The notes below the pieces were generated by a model that was given only the letters and a program-made list of their open reading frames with translations, was not told where the DNA came from and did no database searches. Below are positions 58,213 through 64,000 of a stretch of DNA of 64,000 bases, piece after piece. Position 1 is the first letter of the stretch, and the number at the start of each line of letters is the position of its first letter. Source of the DNA: Parcubacteria group bacterium Greene0416_36 (GTDB lineage Bacteria; Patescibacteriota; Patescibacteriia; VMEV01); assembly GCA_007375725.1 (NCBI GenBank), contig VMEV01000007.1, positions 22,895-86,894 on the forward strand, read 5' to 3'. The position numbers and the translations under genes were made by a program.

Positions 58213-59739
58213 CTAAAACCCTCCTACCATCTCGATCTTAGCGCCCAAGGTCTTAAGGCGGCCGGCGAGGTCTTCGTAGCCACGGTTGATGGAATAGACC
58301 TGCCGAAGGACCGAGTCTCCCTTGGCGGCGAGCATGGCGATGAGCATGATCGCGGCAGGGCGTAGTGCCGGCGGGCAGACAAGATCAGCCTTCTGAAATT
58401 CGACAACGCCGTGAACATAAACACGATGCGGGTCCGCGAGCGTGATATTGGCGCCGAGTTTATTCAGTTCAGTGTAATAAATCGCGCGGTTCTCAAAAAC
58501 CCAGTCATGAATCAAAGTCTCGCCTTCCGCGCGACACGCAATCGGCACAAAAAAAGGAAGATTGTCGATATTGAGACCGGGATAAGGCATAGGATGGATT
58601 TTGTCGGCAAGAGCCGTCAATTTGGAAGGAAATGTTTCGATATCCACCAAATTCACGACCCCGTTTCTCCCTTTATAGCGCTTGGAAATTTTGTACTTGA
58701 ATCCCATCTTCTCCAATTTGAGCAATTCCAGCTCCAAAAAATCAATGGGGCAGGCCTCGATCACGATCTCAGATTCGGTGCAGATCGCCAGAGAAAGAAA
58801 AAACATGGACTCAATCGGATCTTCAGAAAGTTCATATTCCACGGATTGCGAGATATCCCGCTTACCATACACACGGAGTACACTCGTGCCAATCCCCTCA
58901 ATTTGGACACCCAGTTTTACAAGAAAATGGCATAAATCCTGCACCATATAGTTAGACGAGGCCATTTTGATGGTGGACCAGCCGGGTATTTGAGAGGCAG
59001 CCATGAGCACATTTTCCGTCACCGTATCGCCCATCTCGTAGAGAACCACGGCCGATGCCTTCATTTTTTTCGACGAAGCCTGATAATCGCATTCCGTTTC
59101 AGCAATCTCCAGGCCGAACTTCTCTAGGCCGTATATATGGGGAGTCACCGTGCGATCACCCAGTTTGCATCCACCCGCTAGTGGAATGGAAAAAGAAGGA
59201 AGGCGCGAGGCCAAAGCACCCAAAAACATAATGATACTTCGAGTTTTTTTAGCTGATTCAATATTCATCTTTGATAAATCAATGGACGTGGCATCGAGCA
59301 GCAAATCATCTCCCTGCCATCGGAGCACGACGCCAATGCTCGACAAAACCTCGCAGATGCGATGAACTTCTTCGATCTTGGGAACACGTCGGAGTAGTGT
59401 CTTGCCTCGATTCATGAGCGAAGCACAGAGAAGACCCACCGCCGCATTTTTCGATGTATTAGTCGCGATTCTGCCGGACAATTTATACCCCCCTGAAATC
59501 TTAAAATTCATGGACTTATTTCCCAAAGTGATCACCTCGCGATTGAGTACCAAGCTGATTTTGGAGAGCATTTCGGTCGTGAAATTTTGATCCCCCTTCT
59601 CCATCCTCGCCACCGCGCTCTGGCTTGTATTCAAGGCTTTGGCAAACTCGCTCTGGTTCCACCCCTTCATAGTCCTTAATTCAGTTATAAATTGGCCAAT
59701 TTTGGATTGATCGGAAACATTAGTCTTTTTTACAGACAT
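58213..59739 (-). CDS. murA: XRE-HTH fused UDP-N-acetylglucosamine 1-carboxyvinyltransferase
   Basis: N-terminal HTH (QSEFAKALNTSQSAVARMEKG); SKNA, GGCKLGDR, DPIE, FENR, INRGYE. Confidence 0.92.
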   Translation of the reverse strand: MSVKKTNVSDQSKIGQFITELRTMKGWNQSEFAKALNTSQSAVARMEKGDQNFTTEMLSKISLVLNREVITLGNKSMNFKISGGYKLSGRIATNTSKNAAVGLLCASLMNRGKTLLRRVPKIEEVHRICEVLSSIGVVLRWQGDDLLLDATSIDLSKMNIESAKKTRSIIMFLGALASRLPSFSIPLAGGCKLGDRTVTPHIYGLEKFGLEIAETECDYQASSKKMKASAVVLYEMGDTVTENVLMAASQIPGWSTIKMASSNYMVQDLCHFLVKLGVQIEGIGTSVLRVYGKRDISQSVEYELSEDPIESMFFLSLAICTESEIVIEACPIDFLELELLKLEKMGFKYKISKRYKGRNGVVNLVDIETFPSKLTALADKIHPMPYPGLNIDNLPFFVPIACRAEGETLIHDWVFENRAIYYTELNKLGANITLADPHRVYVHGVVEFQKADLVCPPALRPAAIMLIAMLAAKGDSVLRQVYSINRGYEDLAGRLKTLGAKIEMVGGF

Positions 59740-59755
59740 ATTTTTTAGAAAATAA

Positions 59756-59783
59756 ATATTTATATCACATGTGATATAAATAT
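59756..59783. promoter_or_regulatory. Perfect 28-bp palindromic operator candidate for HTH-MurA
   Basis: ATATTTATATCACATGTGATATAAATAT directly downstream of minus-strand TATAAT (59789-59784). Confidence 0.65.
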
Positions 59784-59918
59784 ATTATATTGCCAGAAGA
59801 ATTTGCGCAAGTACCAGAAATGAATTACCCCGACCGCTTGCGGCGGGGTAATTCATTTATTTTAATCCCCCTCCTATAAAATAAAGCTCTCGACGTTTCG
59901 AGAGCCTTATTTTTTTAT

Positions 59919-60464
59919 TCATTTTTTTTGCCTCCTGCTCTCGCGATTCCTTCTGGCGACTCTTCCGGTCCCTTTCCAATCGAACAAATGATAGAAAATC
60001 ATGACCCATTCCATCAAGAATGTTTTCCACGATATTCGATAAAACAGTGGATGGATTCGAACAATTGTTCCATGCGCGAGGAAAAACGTAATGAAAATCC
60101 GAATCGCATGCTGCCACTGTGTGACAACGGTTACTTCAGGCTGAGCTAATGACATTTCCGTCCACGCATCAAGAAAAAAAGTAATATTCCCGTAGGTGTC
60201 TAGAGACTTTCTTTCCAATACCAGATATTCCTCAAGATCCCCTTGTAGCACAAACCACTCCGCCATCAGCTCACTCGCGGCTCTCGTCTGAATATGGGGA
60301 GGATTAAAGATACCGCCGCAGAGGAAAATGATGTCGTATTTTCCTGTTTTCCATAATTCCAAAGCCTTCTGACACCGAATCAATGTATCCCCATGTGTCA
60401 AGGTATTGACTGGCGTAATTCCACAGGACGGAACAAACAGAACTCGATCGGTTTGATTCATCAA
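59919..60464 (-). CDS. DUF218 (YdcF/ElyC/SanA) family protein
   Basis: RCQKALELW..IFLCGG..ASELMAEW..ERKSLDTYGN..VVTQWQHAIR. Confidence 0.85.
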   Translation of the reverse strand: MMNQTDRVLFVPSCGITPVNTLTHGDTLIRCQKALELWKTGKYDIIFLCGGIFNPPHIQTRAASELMAEWFVLQGDLEEYLVLERKSLDTYGNITFFLDAWTEMSLAQPEVTVVTQWQHAIRIFITFFLAHGTIVRIHPLFYRISWKTFLMEWVMIFYHLFDWKGTGRVARRNRESRRQKK

Positions 60465-60544
60465 GCAACTCCTTCCAAAAGAAATGATTTATTCAACACG
60501 ACTCGTTTACAGAGATGGCAGTAGATTATCACAAAAAAACTATT

Positions 60545-60560
60545 TGTTCCACATGGAGCA
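60545..60560. promoter_or_regulatory. parS-like site
   Basis: TGTTCCACATGGAGCA. Confidence 0.65.
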
Positions 60561-60682
60561 ATCCGTCTCCAAAAATTCCTTTCCGGAATTTATTTATTGA
60601 CCAGCCCTTCCAAAATTCATATTTATTTGCTATTCTTTCTTTCGTCACTCATTGTTCTTACAGTCAAAAAAGGAGAATTAAA

Positions 60683-61466
60683 ATGACCGAATGGTGGCAG
60701 GAAATTTTTAATGAGGATTATCTTGAAGCCTATCGAGACAGAATAGGCGAAGACATAACCAAACAAGATATAATCTTTCTCTCTTCCATCCTCAAAAACA
60801 AAGAAGAAATCAAAATATTGGATTTTGGATACGGACACGGAAGAATATCAATTCCTTTGGCTCAAAGTGGGTTTAAGGTGACAGGATTTTATTATTCACC
60901 CTATTTTTTTATCTCTCGCTAAAAAACAAAGCCAACAGCTAGGCATAAAAAATATCGATTGGAAACCCGGGGATATGAGAAAAATAAAATTCTCCAACGA
61001 GTTTGACTACGTTCTTTCGTGGTTCACCTCTATCGGGTATTTTTCCACACACTTCAAAAACATCTTAGTGATCAAAAACATACACCAAGCACTAAAGACA
61101 GGTGGTATCTTAATTTTAGATATAAATAACTTTTCCAAAACCCTGCACAACATGAAATTAAGAACGCACCCAGAGTGGACTCTCGTACCTGAATATTCAT
61201 CAGTTTATGAGCTTAGCGATGGTACTCGAATCAAAAAAGTGTCTAAATTCGACCGAATGAAACGCAAACTGAGTACCCTACTAGAATGGACAAAGGACGG
61301 CAGGGATAAAAAAATGCATTATGAGGTACGATTATTTCCCTACGATGAAATAATCACTCTACTACAGGGAATAGGATTTAAGATCCTGCAAACCTGGGGA
61401 AGTAATCTCGGAGAAGAATTCAGCGACACCTCCCCAAGACTTATCATCAAGGCCCAAAAAATATAG
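60683..61466 (+). pseudogene. Class I SAM-dependent methyltransferase split by a frameshift
   Basis: MTEWW..ILDFGYGHGR joins ..GDMR..FDYVLSWFTSIGYF..LKTGG if the T7 run at 60904-60910 loses one T. Confidence 0.82.
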
Positions 61467-61518
61467 TTTGAATCCAATTTCAAAATCCAAAATATCTTCT
61501 GAATCAGGAGATATTTTT

Positions 61519-61534
61519 TGTTCCACGTGGAACA
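61519..61534. promoter_or_regulatory. parS site (perfect palindrome)
   Basis: TGTTCCACGTGGAACA fits the TGTTNCACGTGNAACA consensus. Confidence 0.88.
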
Positions 61535-61670
61535 GAAAAGCGCGGTTATCAACAAATCATCCGAGATCTCCACAAGATTGTCCACACTCGTATTGAACCG
61601 ATTAGCCTTTTTTGGATAAATAAAAATCCCTGATATTTTATCAGGGCCAGAATAAACAAAGGACTTATAA

Positions 61671-62471
61671 TCATTCTACGATCTTTAATTCGGTAATCAG
61701 CGGCAAGTGGTCTGAAATCAGTAAGTCCTGGGGAACTTCAAATTTTACCACCTCAAATCGACTGGATAAGCCGGCGGACAGGAGAACATAGTCCGCAAAA
61801 AGCCCCCTCCCCGGCCTTTTATATAAAGCACTGCGAGTCGATTTTATTTGATACTCGTCAATTAAATCAATTGTACCTTCACGAATCGCTTTAAAACTCT
61901 GCGTGTCAGGGGAGAGATTGAAATCTCCACCCAAAACAAACGGGTCGCGAATCACGGCAAGAAATCGTAAAATCCGCTGTGATTGAATAATCCTTGCATC
62001 AGTATCCCCCTTACCGGAAGGATCCCAGACACCGTGAAAATTAACTACAGAAAAACGCTCTCCGAAAGACGACTCCAGATGAAGAAATTGTAAGTTGCGC
62101 GGAATCGTCTGTACTGTTTTCTGCCACTTATTTTTTTGACCAAAAACCCACACGGCTCCATTTGACAGAACATCGAAGTCCCTTACAAAAGTCGCATTGC
62201 CGATCCAATGTTCCCGATCTCCCAATTTTTCTCTATCGACCCCTTCTAGGAACGGTTCATAAAAACAAGTAAATCCCTCTAACTCTCTTTGCAACCACCC
62301 CAATGAATCGTAGTCATGCCCGCTTTCATGGTCTATTGGTTGCGGCGAGGACAATACTTCTTGAAAACAAAAAATATTGCATGTCAGCTTTTCTTTTCGA
62401 ATCCATTCCACTAATTGAGTCCGCTTTTTCCCTCCCCAAATATTGAAATATATAATTTTTAATTGTGTCAT
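61671..62471 (-). CDS. Endonuclease/exonuclease/phosphatase (EEP) family protein
   Basis: YFNIW, CFQEV, NFHG, GGDFN, ADY, SDHLP; start MTQLK at 62471. Confidence 0.9.
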   Translation of the reverse strand: MTQLKIIYFNIWGGKKRTQLVEWIRKEKLTCNIFCFQEVLSSPQPIDHESGHDYDSLGWLQRELEGFTCFYEPFLEGVDREKLGDREHWIGNATFVRDFDVLSNGAVWVFGQKNKWQKTVQTIPRNLQFLHLESSFGERFSVVNFHGVWDPSGKGDTDARIIQSQRILRFLAVIRDPFVLGGDFNLSPDTQSFKAIREGTIDLIDEYQIKSTRSALYKRPGRGLFADYVLLSAGLSSRFEVVKFEVPQDLLISDHLPLITELKIVE

Positions 62472-62604
62472 TTCAAGGTACCTCCCAAAAAAAGATAAGG
62501 AGAAGTTATCATTTGCGACAAAAAAAATCAATTAATGAACCTCCCCGCAGCAAGCTGTCGAGGAATTGACCTAAAAAAGATTAAAATGAGTAAACAGCAA
62601 AAAA

Positions 62605-62620
62605 CATTCCATGTAGAACA
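62605..62620. promoter_or_regulatory. parS-like site (degenerate)
   Basis: CATTCCATGTAGAACA. Confidence 0.5.
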
Positions 62621-62705
62621 TCTTTCACGAAAGTATTGCGCGGATCTAATCTTTAAGCTAAGGTACAAGACATATTATTTCTTTTACAAAAAAGGACAAG
62701 CACCC

Positions 62706-63176
62706 ATGTTACATAAGAACGAAAAAAGAGTTGTAGTCGGTATCGGAGTTATTGTTTTTAAAGACGGAAAGATTTTATTAGGGAAAAGAAAAACAGATCC
62801 AGGAGCCGGAGAATTCGCTCTGCCTGGAGGATTGCTGGAGCACGGAGAAACCATAACAGAAGGAGCCCAACGTGAAGTACTGGAAGAAACCGGAATCAAA
62901 ATAAAAGACACCGCCTATGTCGCAACAGCCAACGCGCTCAATTATCCCCCAACCCATTGCCTTCTAATCGGCGTATCCGCACACTGGGAATATGGAGACC
63001 CTGAAGTAAAGGAACCAAGCAAACATGAAAGCTGGGCATGGTGTTCTGTAGAGGAAACTCCCCAACCTTTTTTTCGAATGAGCGCGATCATCCTCCATTG
63101 TTTCCATAGAATGGAATCCTATATGGATGAAAAACACATCCAACAATTCTTCCCAAAAAACAATTCATTTCCATAA
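62706..63176 (+). CDS. Nudix hydrolase (NUDT15/MutT-like)
   Basis: VGIGVIV..ILLGKRK..LPGGLLEHGETITEGAQREVLEETG..EPSKHESWAW. Confidence 0.9.
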   Translation: MLHKNEKRVVVGIGVIVFKDGKILLGKRKTDPGAGEFALPGGLLEHGETITEGAQREVLEETGIKIKDTAYVATANALNYPPTHCLLIGVSAHWEYGDPEVKEPSKHESWAWCSVEETPQPFFRMSAIILHCFHRMESYMDEKHIQQFFPKNNSFP

Positions 63177-63277
63177 TCCTGTCAGGTACCTGATAAATTG
63201 GGCACAGGGATAGTGTATACTTTTGGGGGTGAAAATAACTCACAAAAAATAACCAAAATCGCTAAAGATATTTACTA

Positions 63278-63434
63278 TTAGCGATTTTTTAATTACCCTT
63301 GACAGGAAATCCACAGAAAAATATTTTTAATAGACAAGATTTACACAGATTATACTCATTTTATACACAACTTATAAACAAATAAACCACCATTCCATAT
63401 TAAGATTAGCGATTTTTATTATCTGATTGACAGG
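63278..63434 (+). promoter_or_regulatory. DnaA-box-like cluster between two TTAGCGATTTTT..TTGACAGG repeats
   Basis: AAATCCACA, TTATACTCA, TTATACACA, TTATAAACA. Confidence 0.5.
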
Positions 63435-63450
63435 TGTTCTACATGGAACA
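63435..63450. promoter_or_regulatory. parS-like site
   Basis: TGTTCTACATGGAACA. Confidence 0.7.
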
Positions 63451-63576
63451 AAACATCTAAAGACCGAATACAAGTGACCAATAATAAAAATCAATCCGTG
63501 ATTGAATTATTCGAGAGGCCCGATTACAATAAAATAAAATTCGCTCTCAATTTTCCTTTTGGGAGGATTCCAAAAA

Positions 63577-63879
63577 ATGAGCATGATATATAATGAGACT
63601 ACACCCAGCGTGTTCCATCACTTAATGGCAAATTCCTTTTTCAGTGATCTTGTCAAAAACAAAAAGGGCCCCCTGATATTATGCCTGCCAAACACAATGA
63701 AAAAGGGGGATCTTGTGGTCTTGGAAGAAAAAGTTTGGAGTGAAAAAATGCCCTTTGACAATAAAATAAAGCCATCAAGGCGGAAAATCTACGCAGAAAT
63801 TACCGGAATACATCCACAACAGACAGGGGATCTGAACATATGCAAGTTCACATTGAAAATTACGACCACTGTAGTATAA
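63577..63879 (+). CDS. ASCH/PUA-like (DUF3850-like) small protein
   Basis: RBS GGAGG; HHL..SFFSDLV..KK..KKGDLVVLEE..RKIYAEIT. Confidence 0.55.
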   Translation: MSMIYNETTPSVFHHLMANSFFSDLVKNKKGPLILCLPNTMKKGDLVVLEEKVWSEKMPFDNKIKPSRRKIYAEITGIHPQQTGDLNICKFTLKITTTVV

Positions 63880-64000
63880 AGATTCAAGGCTCTTCAAAAA
63901 ATTCATTTTGAAGAACACCTTTTTTTCAAAAAATAATATTCCGCAAAAAATAAAGGAAAATCGAACATGCAAATAACGGAACAAACCCCAACAGAAATGG

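Noticed and set aside
62537-62567. IS200/IS605-end-like hairpin (also 59817-59858)
   Set aside because: No tnpA/tnpB or matching second end in the window; at most a remnant
1-64000. Alternative genetic code (UGA=Gly), prophage or CRISPR-Cas
   Set aside because: Core genes are full length under code 11 and TGA is used as a stop; no phage structural, integrase or cas genes recognised

Overview
Bacterial chromosome segment (code 11) that looks like Patescibacteria/CPR (Parcubacteria-like). It has compact housekeeping genes (comM/yifB, lspA, nrnA-rbfA-infB, mutL, rpsP, tyrS, valS, rpsA, ftsH, pilB/gspE, HTH-murA), four tRNAs, many secreted or surface proteins (lamin-tail, VanW, CBM/IPT, SH3/CAP, SIMPL, beta-propeller, C39) and AT-rich accessory genes. 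A parS cluster and DnaA-like boxes at 60.5-63.5 kb suggest the replication origin lies just right of the window. Most notable: (1) an ORF-free, densely base-paired ~730-nt minus-strand unit (3785-4512) with its own near-consensus sigma70 promoter, a candidate new large structured ncRNA; (2) three accessory cassettes each bracketed by a direct duplication of the neighbouring core gene's promoter region (a Tlde1-like toxin plus putative immunity gene at comM, KilA-N at tRNA-Leu, an OMP-like/SH3-CAP pair at valS); (3) a probable orphan DGR target gene with a VR-like 3' end; (4) two promoter-and-terminator-bounded ~100-nt sRNA candidates and a structured rpsA leader; (5) several families of nested palindromic repeats, one in-frame inside a CDS and one attached to tRNA 3' ends; (6) a planctomycete-style Ser/Thr kinase and a 25-aa Lys-rich microprotein. 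All calls were made by eye, with no database searches.
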